A stretch of DNA of 64,000 nt from positions 4,064,001-4,128,000 of the forward strand of contig OZ242358.1 in the NCBI GenBank assembly GCA_965208835.1. Reading direction: 5' to 3'. Below, piece after piece: positions 1 through 11,589 of this stretch. The stretch comes from Candidatus Latescibacterota bacterium. GTDB lineage: Bacteria; Latescibacterota; UBA2968; GCA-2709665. Under the pieces are notes generated by a model. That model saw only the letters and a program-made list of their open reading frames with translations, was not told where the DNA came from and did not search any database. Position 1 is the first letter of the stretch. Every line of letters begins with the position of its first letter. Position numbers and translations under genes: made by a program.

Positions 1-1955
<1,955 letters not shown>

Positions 1956-1983
1956 CGTGCCGATAGCTCCGCGAAATGACTGA

Positions 1984-2012
1984 ATTATAGAAATCCGTCG
2001 GCAACGTGTCAA
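1984..2012 (-). promoter_or_regulatory. Consensus sigma70 promoter for the TPR-eno operon
   Basis: Minus strand reads TTGACA (2012-2007), a 17-nt spacer, then TATAAT (1989-1984): a perfect consensus about 30 nt upstream of ATG 1955. Confidence 0.85.
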
Positions 2013-2044
2013 GCGCCATTTCGCTGAAAGCCCGCGTTTTTTGC

Positions 2045-2073
2045 TTGACGGGTTCCCTGCGCCACCTTATTTA
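2045..2073 (+). promoter_or_regulatory. Possible divergent sigma70 promoter for the Nramp-family gene
   Basis: TTGACG-17 nt-TATTTA followed by an AT-rich stretch upstream of the transporter. Confidence 0.4.
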
Positions 2074-2135
2074 GATGTAGTTATAAAACCGCCAACTGTT
2101 CGCCGTTTCTTTTGATCCCGATACCCGGATTTCAC

Positions 2136-3383
2136 GTGCGTTTCAGACCCGCTCTCATTCTTCCAGGCATCCTGATGGCCGCCACAGGTGTCGGCGCGGG
2201 AGACCTGTTGACGGCCAGCCTGGCCGGCTCGAAGATCGGCGTTGGCCTCGCGTGGGCAGCAGTGATCGGCGCGCTGCTCAAATGGACCCTGAACGAGGGT
2301 ATCGCCCGCTGGCAGATGGCAACCGGAACCACGATGCTGGAAGGCTGGGTCCACCGGCTCGGCGCCTGGGTGCAATGGGTATTCATTGTCTACCTCATCA
2401 TCTGGAGCTTCTCGGTGGGCGGCGCGCTGGTCACCGCCTGCGGCGTGGCGGGCACCGGTCTGCTTCCCATCGGCGATCCGGCCACGTCCAAGATTGCATG
2501 GGGCATCATCCACTCCCTGGTCGGCCTGTCCCTGGTCTGGATCGGCGGGTTCCGCGTGTTTGAAGTTCTGATGTCGGCCTGCATCGGGTTGATGTTCGTT
2601 ACGGTCCTTTTGACGGCCCTGCTGCTCGGACCGGACTGGAACGCTCTCGCCAGAGGCCTGTTCTTTCCCGCCATCCCGACCGGCGGCGTGGGCTGGACCC
2701 TCGGCGTCCTGGGAGGCGTTGGCGGTACGGTTACCCTCCTGTCCTACGGGTACTGGATCCGGGAGACCGGCAGGCAAGGCCGGGCAGGCGTGACATCCTG
2801 CCGTATCGACCTGGCGGTCGGGTACACCGTCACCGCGCTGTTCGGCGTTGCGATGATTATCATCGGTTCGCGGGTCGCGCTGGATGGCAAGGGCGCGTCC
2901 CTCGCGCTCATCCTGTCGAGCCAACTCGAACTGGCGCTCGGGGCGCCGGGCAAATGGGCTTTCCTGCTGGGCTTCTGGGGCGCGGTCTTCTCCAGCCTGC
3001 TCGGCGTGTGGCAGAGCGACCCGTACATGTTCGCGAATTTCCTCGCGCTGCGTAAAGGGGTCTCTCCCGAAGCCTTTCAGAAATCGGACATCCGGCGATC
3101 CACTCCCTACCGCGCGTACCTGGTCGGTCTCGCGATTGTGCCCCTCGTGCTGTTGTGGGGTTCGGTGGCCGAAGTCCAGCTCACTTATGCCGTGCTGGGT
3201 TCGTTCTTCCTGCCCCTGGTGGCGCTCACCTTGCTGCTGATGAATAACAGGACAGACTGGGTTGGACCGGGCTTCAAGAGCCACCCCGTCATCAACGCCA
3301 TCCTCGTTGCCACCCTGCTGTTCTTCGGATATACCGGAGGGAAGAAAATCCTCACCACGCTCGGCCCAATTCTGAGCGGCTGA
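2136..3383 (+). CDS. Nramp/MntH-like divalent metal transporter family membrane protein
   Basis: About 11 hydrophobic segments; PGILMAATGVGAGDL and LKWTLNEGIARWQ motifs typical of Nramp-related (YcsG-like) transporters. Start GTG 2136 or TTG 2112. Confidence 0.8.
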   Translation: MRFRPALILPGILMAATGVGAGDLLTASLAGSKIGVGLAWAAVIGALLKWTLNEGIARWQMATGTTMLEGWVHRLGAWVQWVFIVYLIIWSFSVGGALVTACGVAGTGLLPIGDPATSKIAWGIIHSLVGLSLVWIGGFRVFEVLMSACIGLMFVTVLLTALLLGPDWNALARGLFFPAIPTGGVGWTLGVLGGVGGTVTLLSYGYWIRETGRQGRAGVTSCRIDLAVGYTVTALFGVAMIIIGSRVALDGKGASLALILSSQLELALGAPGKWAFLLGFWGAVFSSLLGVWQSDPYMFANFLALRKGVSPEAFQKSDIRRSTPYRAYLVGLAIVPLVLLWGSVAEVQLTYAVLGSFFLPLVALTLLLMNNRTDWVGPGFKSHPVINAILVATLLFFGYTGGKKILTTLGPILSG

Positions 3384-3427
3384 TCGACTTACATCCCTAC
3401 GAACACCGACATTCGCAGACCCGAAAT

Positions 3428-3466
3428 GGAAATCGCGCGATCAGATGGTCCAGTCGCGCGATTTCC
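3428..3466. terminator. Hairpin between convergent genes, likely bidirectional terminator
   Basis: GGAAATCGCGCGA-13 nt-TCGCGCGATTTCC, a perfect 13-bp stem between the Nramp stop (3383) and the barrel gene stop (3500). Confidence 0.6.
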
Positions 3467-3499
3467 TGTTGGGTATTGTCGGATTCGAACGGTTACTCC

Positions 3500-4162
3500 C
3501 TATTCACCAATGGGAAAGCCGACGCCGACCTGAAGGGTGAGGTTACGGTTCTTGACGTCGTCCTCGCCGGTCTCGTCAATCGACAGAAGCCCCAGCGTGT
3601 AGCGCAAATCCACGGCCAATGTCATCTGTTCGGAAACCGCTATTTCCGCACCGATTCCTCCCGTAATCCCCAAGTCGATACCCTTGGCATCATCTCCGCA
3701 GGACTCCGAGACATTGCGGGTTTCGCCGCCCAGGCTGATCGTGGCAGATGTTTCACACCCGGTCTTGAACGCAAACGACGGGCCGATGAGCAGGTTCGCC
3801 GTAGCCGAACTTCCTGACGGTGTGAGACTCACAGACCCAAGGCCCGACAGCTCAATGTAGTCAATATAAAGATTCCCTTCCAATCCCTGGTGTTCGGCAC
3901 GGTATCCTTTCTGCACGTAGCCTCCATCGAGTCGGAGGCCGAAGTTGTCCTGTACAGGGAAGGTCACTGAAGCACCGATAGAAAGGCCGGTGCGGGCTTT
4001 CAATGCCGATTCGGGCACGCCTTCCGTTGGCACATCACTCAAAGTCGCCCGGCTCAAGCCGCCCCGAATGGCAAGCGTGGTCTGGGCCGGTATGCCGGCG
4101 GGGAGGTTGATGGCTGCCAACGTCAGTGCGCTTATGAGGATATTTCTCCAAAGCTGTTTCAT
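3500..4162 (-). CDS. Outer-membrane beta-barrel protein (porin family / PorT-like, OMP_b-brl_2-like)
   Basis: Signal peptide; alternating beta strands with motifs RGGLSRATL, YVQKG, YIELS, LIGPSF, DLRYTLGL; aromatic near the C-terminus (VGVGFP). Confidence 0.75.
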   Translation of the reverse strand: MKQLWRNILISALTLAAINLPAGIPAQTTLAIRGGLSRATLSDVPTEGVPESALKARTGLSIGASVTFPVQDNFGLRLDGGYVQKGYRAEHQGLEGNLYIDYIELSGLGSVSLTPSGSSATANLLIGPSFAFKTGCETSATISLGGETRNVSESCGDDAKGIDLGITGGIGAEIAVSEQMTLAVDLRYTLGLLSIDETGEDDVKNRNLTLQVGVGFPIGE

Positions 4163-4287
4163 GGATACGACTCCATTTTAAAGATGGTTTCATTGAGACG
4201 GACCCCGGCGGACGATTATTCCCTCCACGTCTGGTGTCGCAATCTCTTTCTTGTGTTCCTCCTTTCTCCAAATACGGATCCTCCGGT

Positions 4288-6771
4288 TCACGCGGTGCTC
4301 GTGCCGAACGCGCCGGCGAAAATCACGAAATCGCTGAACCCGACGGAGCCGTTGCCGTCCAGGTCGAACCGGGCGTCGTATTCGGCATCGCCCTGACCGC
4401 GCCCAAAGGCGGTGGCGAACAGCAGAAAGTCGCCGAAACCGACTTTCCCGTCGCCATCGAAGTCGGCTTGGGCTCTTCCCGTGGCACTAAACGTTACCGG
4501 ATCTGTATTTGAAACCGTTGCCACAACTGTGTTCGTCCCGGGTTGCCTGCCAAGCGTCAGCGTCGTGGCGGCGCGGCCGTCGGCACCTGTCGTGGCGTTG
4601 GCAACGGACAACGCGCCGCCGCCGGCTGCGACCGTGAAAGTGACCGCGGCGTCGGTAAGCGGATTCCCGTATTGATCCCGTACTTCAACCACCAGGTGCT
4701 GCGCCAGGGTGTCGCCGGGCGCGCCGTGCTGGCCGTTGCCGGAGATGATCTCAAGGGCGGCGGGACGGGGCACGGTCCATTCCGTGACGTCCCACAGAAT
4801 GACCGTATTGTCCGGTGCCCCGGAAGCAAGGGTGGTGCCGTCTGGTGAGAACGATACAGAATAGACCAAATTCGCAGCATGCCCTTGCAGTGTGGCTAAG
4901 GTGGCTCTGCTTGCCACGTCCCATAGCCAGACCGTACCCGCCGTTGACGCGGAAGCGAGAGTTTTTCCATCCGGAGAAAACGATAGCGAATAGACCCAAC
5001 CCCCATGCTCAAGGGAAGCGAGAGGAACTCTGCTCGCCACGTCCCACACCCGCACCGTACCATCAAAAGACCCGGAAACTAGGGATTTCCCATTAGGAGA
5101 AAATGAAACGGCGGCAACCAGGTCATTGTGCCTTCCCAATGCGACGATCTGTCGCCTGGACGCCACGTCCCACAACCGAACCGTATTATCAGAAGACGCG
5201 GAAGCGAGCGTCTTGCCATCCGGAGAAAACGATAGCGAAAAGACGCCTCTCTCATGACCTTCCAGGGTTCCAATCGGTTGTCCAGTTTCCACGACCCAAA
5301 GCCGGATGGGCTCATCTCCATATCCCGCGCCGGAAGCGAGCATGGTCCCATCCGGAGAAAACGATACGGTTTCGACATATTCCGTATGCCCCTCCAGGAT
5401 GCCAGTCTGTTCCCCGGTCCTCATGTTCCAGAGTCGTACGGCGCCATCTCCTGCTCCAGCAGCGAGAATGGTACCGTCCCGAGAAAATGATACCGCATAG
5501 ACCGGAATCCCAACTTCAAGGGTTGCGATGGGTGCGTGCGTCTCAACATTCCACAACCGCACCGTACCATCGACTGATCCAGAGGCAAGGTTGGTCCGGT
5601 CCGGAGAAAACGACACCTCCTCGACCCTTTTCGTATGTCCTTCAAGGTAAGCGATGGCCTGCTGCGGGATTTCCGAAAGGAAAAATTCCGTTTCGCCGAC
5701 GTCTCCATAAGTATCCACGGCCAGGACCGCAATCCGGTGCACGGCAGGGTCCGACAGGCTTGAACCCGGTTCGAAAGGGATACCGGCGTCATACTCGAAC
5801 TCGGTTACGACATCTGTTTCGCCCCTCAACCCACGGCATGACTTGAGTCCAGAGCTTCCGGTACCCACGTTGTCCCCTCCTGCTGTAGCAAAGAGGATCA
5901 CCTGGTGAATTCCCTCAGGATCAGTAACATTGAGTTGGACGGTGACACGCTCCGAACCTGCGGGATACCTATTCGAGGAAGTGTGTTCTACGGTGGGCGG
6001 CTTCCCCTCTTCGAACGGTACAGCGGGATTGAAGTAGGGATTGACAGCCAGGAATTCGGCGGCGCACGCAGAGAGGACCCCGCGCTGATCAAATCCATAC
6101 GACATGATGTACCGATTGTCTCTGAAATCGTGATTCAAGCCGAAGGTATGTCCAAGCTCGTGAGCCACCGTGAAGAATCGGACGCTGTGGGGAACCAATA
6201 TATGGCCGTTGTTTTTCGCCCCGGGAGATGTGAATCCTCCAGCAAATCTACCGCGTGCAAGAGGGATTTTATCGATACTAAGGTCAGTGACGATAAGGTA
6301 AATGTTGGCATCAAGATCAAACCTTTGTTCGATTTCAGAGACTGGCCAACCCCCGGTCGCGTAGTGGCTGTCTGTGTGTTGTCCGTCGACGTGATGCACG
6401 AGCGGCTCGCCGCGGGCATCGGTCTCAAAGCGGAAGGTCCTGTTGGCGTAGCCATGCGCCTCCATCTGCTCAGCGTAGAAGGTTCGAACTCGACGAATTA
6501 CAATCTTCATCGAATCCACCACTTCCTGGCGAAACGGCCGGTCGTTCGGCAAGAAGTAGATCATCCTCACGGTGCGCGGTTCGCCGACGTTCAGGCCCGC
6601 CTGGCGCTTGGCCGCTGGCCAAGCGCGAGCCCGCTGCGAGTGCCCGTGATCTTCAATGGCGCAAAAATGGATGCTGTCGGGAAGAACCGGCGACGCATTG
6701 GCAACCTGCATCGGCGTAAGGAGACAACCGATGAATACAAACTGAGCGGAATGAAAAACAAGAGGTTTCAT
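4288..6771 (-). CDS. Secreted metzincin zinc metallopeptidase + WD40 propeller + Ig-like (Big_1) + dockerin-like module (class B)
   Basis: HELGHTFGLNH plus Met-turn YIMSYG; about 7 WD40 repeats (GHxxxVxSVSFSPDGxxLASGSxDxTVRLWD); ISGNGQ...VRDQYGNP Big_1 motif; C-terminal DFDGDGKVGFGDF...DLDGNGSVGFSDF. Start at ATG 6771 gives a signal peptide. Confidence 0.85.
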   Translation of the reverse strand: MKPLVFHSAQFVFIGCLLTPMQVANASPVLPDSIHFCAIEDHGHSQRARAWPAAKRQAGLNVGEPRTVRMIYFLPNDRPFRQEVVDSMKIVIRRVRTFYAEQMEAHGYANRTFRFETDARGEPLVHHVDGQHTDSHYATGGWPVSEIEQRFDLDANIYLIVTDLSIDKIPLARGRFAGGFTSPGAKNNGHILVPHSVRFFTVAHELGHTFGLNHDFRDNRYIMSYGFDQRGVLSACAAEFLAVNPYFNPAVPFEEGKPPTVEHTSSNRYPAGSERVTVQLNVTDPEGIHQVILFATAGGDNVGTGSSGLKSCRGLRGETDVVTEFEYDAGIPFEPGSSLSDPAVHRIAVLAVDTYGDVGETEFFLSEIPQQAIAYLEGHTKRVEEVSFSPDRTNLASGSVDGTVRLWNVETHAPIATLEVGIPVYAVSFSRDGTILAAGAGDGAVRLWNMRTGEQTGILEGHTEYVETVSFSPDGTMLASGAGYGDEPIRLWVVETGQPIGTLEGHERGVFSLSFSPDGKTLASASSDNTVRLWDVASRRQIVALGRHNDLVAAVSFSPNGKSLVSGSFDGTVRVWDVASRVPLASLEHGGWVYSLSFSPDGKTLASASTAGTVWLWDVASRATLATLQGHAANLVYSVSFSPDGTTLASGAPDNTVILWDVTEWTVPRPAALEIISGNGQHGAPGDTLAQHLVVEVRDQYGNPLTDAAVTFTVAAGGGALSVANATTGADGRAATTLTLGRQPGTNTVVATVSNTDPVTFSATGRAQADFDGDGKVGFGDFLLFATAFGRGQGDAEYDARFDLDGNGSVGFSDFVIFAGAFGTSTA

Positions 6772-6949
6772 GGATATTAATCTCGATCCGAGAAAGATCG
6801 GGTGGCCCCGCGAAAGGTTTTGGAGAATCACCACAGCTGCCTGTGGCCCGGCGCCGATCCGTGGCAACGCGCGATCCTGTAGCGCACTTGCCAATTTGCG
6901 GTACCGTCGCTTGACGGTGACTCCATCCCAAACACAGTTCGAATACCGC

Positions 6950-8617
6950 TCACTCTGTTTCCAGATGCCACTTCAATTTTGCGCCGTCAAGGTTTACCTT
7001 CACACCCTTCATTTTCAGTTCATCCAGCTTGACCGGCAAGTTCCCGCGCAGAAGAAAACCCTGATCTTCATACGGGCCGATGAGCGAATCTTCCTTGTTG
7101 TCCAGCTTGATCTTCCGTCCTGCTAATGTCGTAAAGACAATGTCCTTGAACTTGCGGGGCTTGCCAATGTCGGCGGTGGCGTAAGCCTTGCCCAGGATCT
7201 GTGTGGGGTCCAGAGAATAACGACTGGCAACAGCCGACGTCGTCCAACGCTGGCACGACATTTCAAGGGTCACGACCTCATCTCCGCGGTTGGTGCGCCC
7301 CACCACTCGCACCGGTTTGTCGAACACCTCGACCCTGGATCCGGTAAATGCGGCGATGCGATCGTCCAGCAGCGGGTGCGAGCGAAAAGCCCGCATATTC
7401 TTCTCGTCTCCCCCCAGGTAGTCCGTGTAATACCGGAGTTTCCTCAGCACCCGCGTCATTTCTGCAAGCCCCTCATCGCCGTATTGCCGCTCCAGATACA
7501 ACGCCGCCATCGCGTCGGCCTCTTCCTCCATCGATCGCGGATACCCTTCAAACAACACGTCCGTCGCCGCCTTGGCCAGGTCGTATGCGAGCCCTCCGAA
7601 GATTACTGCCTTTTTGATCTTATCCTTTTCTGATTTCTTCCCGGCAAGCACGCCCACTATCGCCCCCACGCCGGCTGCGATGGCCTGTTTCGTTCTCTCT
7701 TTGCGATAGATCCTGTAGCTGTGCCGCCGCTCGACGTGGGCGATTTCGTGTGCGATCACGCCCTCGATTTCCAGATCGCTCTCCGCCGCATCAATCAGAC
7801 CGCGATTAACAAAAATCAATCCCGTGGGAAGGGCGTATGCATTGACCTCATCGTCTTCCATTACCGAGAACCGATACTTGTACCCCTGAAGGGGAACCGG
7901 CCAGTTGTCCAGCACCCGCTGGCCGATCTCGCGCGCGCGCGACTGCAACGCGTCATCCGTCGCCAACTGTCCCATGCTTTGAATCTGCTGCGACGCATAT
8001 AGCGCCAACGTCCTTTCGGTCGCGTAGTCACTTACCAGCGGCATTCGCATGAAACACAGCTTGCACGCCCGCATGCCCGCGCCTTCCGCTTCGGCGTGTG
8101 TGTGAAAAGCCTGTCGTTTGTCTGCGTCGGGCAGATGATTGGACGAAGCCACGTGAAACACGTTACTGCTCGTATTCCCGATCAGGTTCGGCGGAACCTC
8201 GGTCTCCTCGCCAGTGCTGAAACACAGCGCGAATCCCGCGTCAAAGGCCGCCCGATTCAGGGGCGGCGAATGCAAGGGCGCGGAGAACGTCACCAGCCCC
8301 TTTCCCAGCCGTGCACTCCTGAGTTCGATTCTGAGCTCGTCGTCACGCACTTTGACAGACCTGATCATCACTGGTTCGTCCTTTTCAATGCGAAACAGGA
8401 CCGGATACTTCCGGGAATGCTGGAAATAGTAGACATTGCCGCCGTGCTCGTAGTACGTCATTGGATTCTGATGGATGCTCCCCCGGAGAATCAGGTTTCG
8501 GCCCTTTAGTTCCTTCTCTAACTCCTTTCCAAGACGCCCTGAGATCTTGCTTCCAAACACGTCGCCACTCGCGCACAAAATTAAAGCGACACACAGGAAA
8601 CGGATGAAATTGACCAT
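6950..8617 (-). CDS. M48 family zinc metallopeptidase with Ada-type metal-binding-like domain
   Basis: VNAYALPTG, VIAHEIAH, EEEAD and SHP motifs of M48; FH...EAEGAGMRACKLC resembles an Ada Zn-binding domain; signal peptide from ATG 8617 with AGGAG RBS. The upstream ORF extension lies in a MITE. Confidence 0.85.
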   Translation of the reverse strand: MVNFIRFLCVALILCASGDVFGSKISGRLGKELEKELKGRNLILRGSIHQNPMTYYEHGGNVYYFQHSRKYPVLFRIEKDEPVMIRSVKVRDDELRIELRSARLGKGLVTFSAPLHSPPLNRAAFDAGFALCFSTGEETEVPPNLIGNTSSNVFHVASSNHLPDADKRQAFHTHAEAEGAGMRACKLCFMRMPLVSDYATERTLALYASQQIQSMGQLATDDALQSRAREIGQRVLDNWPVPLQGYKYRFSVMEDDEVNAYALPTGLIFVNRGLIDAAESDLEIEGVIAHEIAHVERRHSYRIYRKERTKQAIAAGVGAIVGVLAGKKSEKDKIKKAVIFGGLAYDLAKAATDVLFEGYPRSMEEEADAMAALYLERQYGDEGLAEMTRVLRKLRYYTDYLGGDEKNMRAFRSHPLLDDRIAAFTGSRVEVFDKPVRVVGRTNRGDEVVTLEMSCQRWTTSAVASRYSLDPTQILGKAYATADIGKPRKFKDIVFTTLAGRKIKLDNKEDSLIGPYEDQGFLLRGNLPVKLDELKMKGVKVNLDGAKLKWHLETE

Positions 8618-8659
8618 TGCCGGACTCCTTTCTACGATGTTGTGGAGGGTTAGCAAAGT

Positions 8660-8856
8660 TAACCTTGATTCGTCATTTTTCCGGGACGTTAATTCGAATA
8701 TGTGCGAGTTAATAAAGGCGATTAGACTGCTGATTACCAGGATTGACCAGGACACCGTACGTGAACGGAAAAAATGTCCTTCAAGACGAACACTTCGGCC
8801 CGTTTCGAAAGGTTTCGTCGCAGTGCCGCGTTGCGGCTTTTGCGGAATTGAGGTTA
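8660..8856. mobile_element. MITE family 1, copy 1 (197 bp)
   Basis: Same-length, same-orientation, highly similar copy at 23614-23810; imperfect terminal inverted repeats TAACCTTGATTCG / GGAATTGAGGTTA; no transposase. Confidence 0.8.
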
Positions 8857-9004
8857 GATTTTCACAGTGTGGCTTCTACGTAAGATGGATGCTTGTTTGT
8901 TCGAGGACTCGTGTTATCGGCGACCTCTCCCCCAGCCCATCTCCGGTTCGGTGAGGGGAGATCCGGTGACGTTGGCCCGACAGCGGGCGCCGGGCGAAAA
9001 GAGG

Positions 9005-9982
9005 TCAGTCCAGGACACGGTTCTGGCCGGCCGACGCCTCGTCGAGAAGGGCCCGGTCCTCCGGCGTGATCGACCAGCCTACGGCGCCGGCGTTCTCCTC
9101 CATGTGAGCCACCGTGTCGCCGCCGGTGATCGCGGCCGTCACCTCGGGGTGGGAGAGCACCCAGTTGATCGCCGTCTGCGCCACGGTGCGGCCATGGGCG
9201 CCGGCGATCCTCCGCAGGATTTCGAGGGTCCGCCCCGCCGCCTCGTTGAGATCTTTCTCCAGGGCATCAGCGCGGCCTCTTGCGTAAAGGGTACCTTCGG
9301 GCGGTGGCTGTCCGGGCGTGTACACGCCGGAAAGGAGGCCCACCCCCAGTGGACTGTACGTCATAACCCCGAACCTCTGGTCGCGCTGCGCCGGCCACAT
9401 CTCACGCTCGAGCTCGCGATTGAGAAGGTTGTAGGGGTTCTGGATGCATATCAGGGGATCGAGCCCGAGGCGGTCCTGCGTCCACAACGCCTTGAGTACC
9501 TGCCAGGCCTGGAAGTTGGAAACGCCCACGTAACGCGTCTTGCCTGCGCGCACCACGTCGTCGAGGGCTCGCAGGGTCTCCTCGAGGGGCGTCTCCTCGT
9601 CGTACACGTGCAGGATGTAGACGTCAATGTGATCGGTCTGGAGGCGGGCAAGGGTGCGGTCGATCTCCCGCATGACGTGATAGCGCGACAGGCCGGCGTC
9701 GTTCGGCCCCTCGCCGATGCGGCTGGCGACCTTCGAGGTCACCACAAGGTCGTCGCGGTGCCGCTTGAGAACGCGCGCGAGTAGCTGCTCCGACGTGCCA
9801 CGGGTCTCGTACGCGTCCCCGAGGCCGTAGACGTTGGCGCAGTCGATGAAATTGATCCCAAGCTCGATACCCCGTTCGATGGCGCGTTCCGCCTCGTCGA
9901 CGTTGTCCTGCCCGCGCAGGCCCAATCCGTAGGCCAGGCGCGACACCTTCAGGCCGGAACGGCCGAAATTGACGTATTCCAT
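9005..9982 (-). CDS. Aldo/keto reductase
   Basis: GLKVSRL, FIDCANVYG, VVTSKV, DVYILH, GKTRYVGVSN, QNPYNLLNR, YSPL motifs; GGAGGAG RBS before ATG 9982. Confidence 0.93.
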   Translation of the reverse strand: MEYVNFGRSGLKVSRLAYGLGLRGQDNVDEAERAIERGIELGINFIDCANVYGLGDAYETRGTSEQLLARVLKRHRDDLVVTSKVASRIGEGPNDAGLSRYHVMREIDRTLARLQTDHIDVYILHVYDEETPLEETLRALDDVVRAGKTRYVGVSNFQAWQVLKALWTQDRLGLDPLICIQNPYNLLNRELEREMWPAQRDQRFGVMTYSPLGVGLLSGVYTPGQPPPEGTLYARGRADALEKDLNEAAGRTLEILRRIAGAHGRTVAQTAINWVLSHPEVTAAITGGDTVAHMEENAGAVGWSITPEDRALLDEASAGQNRVLD

Positions 9983-10032
9983 GCGCTCCTCCATGTTTGG
10001 AGAACTCCCGTCAGGTGACGTTGGTTACGATT

Positions 10033-11448
10033 TCAAACCCGGCCCGCCCCAAAAAACCCGATGGCGCCAACTCGGGGGCGCAGGTTTTCCAACGAGCCAA
10101 ACCCATCGACAAATCTGAAAAAGTCAGCGAAATTTACGACGCCGTTGCCGTCCAGGTCGAATTTGGCGTTTGTGCTGCCGTACGCGTCCGCAAAGAGGAA
10201 GAAATCCACGAAGTCGGTCCGTCCGTCGCCGTTGAAATCAGTTGAGGCCGGAGCTTGCACAAGCGGTGTTCCGCTACTTACGGCCGACCACGAACCGGGT
10301 CCCCGGTTGGTGACGGCACGCAACTGCAGGTCGTACCGGGCGCCGCCGGCCAACCCGGCCACCTCGTAAAACAGCGTGCCGGAACCGGTTGTCCGGACGT
10401 ACCGCAATACGGTCCAGTTGGCCTCGGCTTTGTCCGCGGCGTCGCTGCGAATGTAACGAACGTCATAGCCGGTGATAACCAATGTGCCGGTTTCGATCGG
10501 AGGTACGCGCCACGAGATGGTGAGCGAGCCGGTACCGGCTGTCACCGAAAGGATGGCCGGCGCGTCCGTGCGGAGCGTGAGGTCATAGGCATACAGCTTC
10601 TTGTCCACGTCGTCGGCCACCCACATCGTCGTGCCGTTCGACCAGATCCCGACCGGGTGGCTGTTCCCTGCTGCATTCAGCGAATTGACGTCCTGAAAGG
10701 GGTTCCGGCCATAGTACGTCAGATTGTAGGCATAGATCTTCGCGTCGGCGTAGTCCGCCACCCACATCGTCGTTCCGTCGGACCAGATGCCCCGCGGGTG
10801 GTTGTTCCCGGCGGACCCAAGCGCACTGACTTCCCTGCCGAGATCTGCAACCTCGAGCTCCATATCATAGGCATACAACCTGGCATCCGTGTAATCGGCC
10901 ACCCACATTGTCGTGTCGTTCGACCAGATACCCTCAGGGTTGTCGTTTCCAACACGCTCGAGCCCGTTGATGTCCCTGTCTGCGTTACGGGCTCCGGTCG
11001 ACAAATCGTAGGCGTAGACTTTCTCTCCGAACCACGGATCGTCTGCCACCCACATCGTCGCTCCGTCGGACCAGATGCCCTCAGGGTTGCGGTTTCCGGC
11101 GGCCGCCAGCGTATCGAAGTCCTTGTTGGCGGCCCGCGTGCCGGAAACCAGGTCATAAGCATACAGCTTGCCGTCAACTTTGTCGGCCACCCACATTGTC
11201 GTGCCGTCCGACCAGATGCCCTCAGGGTCGTTGTTTCCGGCGGCCGCCAACCCGTCGATATCCTTAGCAGCGTCCCGGGCGCAGCACTCCCCTCCGAAGA
11301 TTTCGTGTATCGAACGCAGCTTCACCTCATCCTGGCCGCCGACCGGCAGGTCGTTGCCCGTTTCCGGATAAATCCGCGACGCTGACAAGACCACAAGAAC
11401 CGAGGCGAAGAGCCCAATACTTGGTTTTCCGCTTCTCACAAATGGCAT
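10033..11448 (-). CDS. Secreted 5x GIWSDG-repeat propeller + fibronectin type III + dockerin-like module (class A)
   Basis: Five PxGIWSDGTTMWVAD...KxYAY repeats; FN3 (SLTISW...YDVRY...YDLQLRAV...GSWS); DFNGDGRTDFVDFF...DLDGNGVVNFADFF. Likely start ATG 11448. Confidence 0.8.
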   Translation of the reverse strand: MPFVRSGKPSIGLFASVLVVLSASRIYPETGNDLPVGGQDEVKLRSIHEIFGGECCARDAAKDIDGLAAAGNNDPEGIWSDGTTMWVADKVDGKLYAYDLVSGTRAANKDFDTLAAAGNRNPEGIWSDGATMWVADDPWFGEKVYAYDLSTGARNADRDINGLERVGNDNPEGIWSNDTTMWVADYTDARLYAYDMELEVADLGREVSALGSAGNNHPRGIWSDGTTMWVADYADAKIYAYNLTYYGRNPFQDVNSLNAAGNSHPVGIWSNGTTMWVADDVDKKLYAYDLTLRTDAPAILSVTAGTGSLTISWRVPPIETGTLVITGYDVRYIRSDAADKAEANWTVLRYVRTTGSGTLFYEVAGLAGGARYDLQLRAVTNRGPGSWSAVSSGTPLVQAPASTDFNGDGRTDFVDFFLFADAYGSTNAKFDLDGNGVVNFADFFRFVDGFGSLENLRPRVGAIGFFGAGRV

Positions 11449-11589
11449 TCTTCGGGTTTCCGACAATACAGACCGCGACCACCTGAACCGGTTTTGGTTC
11501 GCGCGCGAGTTTACCGGTTGCTCGACTGTCGAAGGGATTCGTCGGGCTTCGAACAAGACAGTGTAACTCGACGACGGCGCCAGAATCGC

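Noticed and set aside
2066-2090. AT-rich stretch before the Nramp gene as an MntR/DtxR operator
   Set aside because: No convincing palindrome matching known boxes.
8618-8755. N-terminal extensions of listed ORFs 6950-8755 and 51027-52892, and ORFs 23464-23817, 44880-45158, 55099-55518 and 56678-56887
   Set aside because: They run through MITE sequence; similar peptides recur only because the elements are repeated.
8922-8965. CCTCTCCCCCAGCCC...GAGGGGAG degenerate hairpin downstream of the AKR gene
   Set aside because: Imperfect single copy; cannot be distinguished from a weak terminator or a decayed REP.
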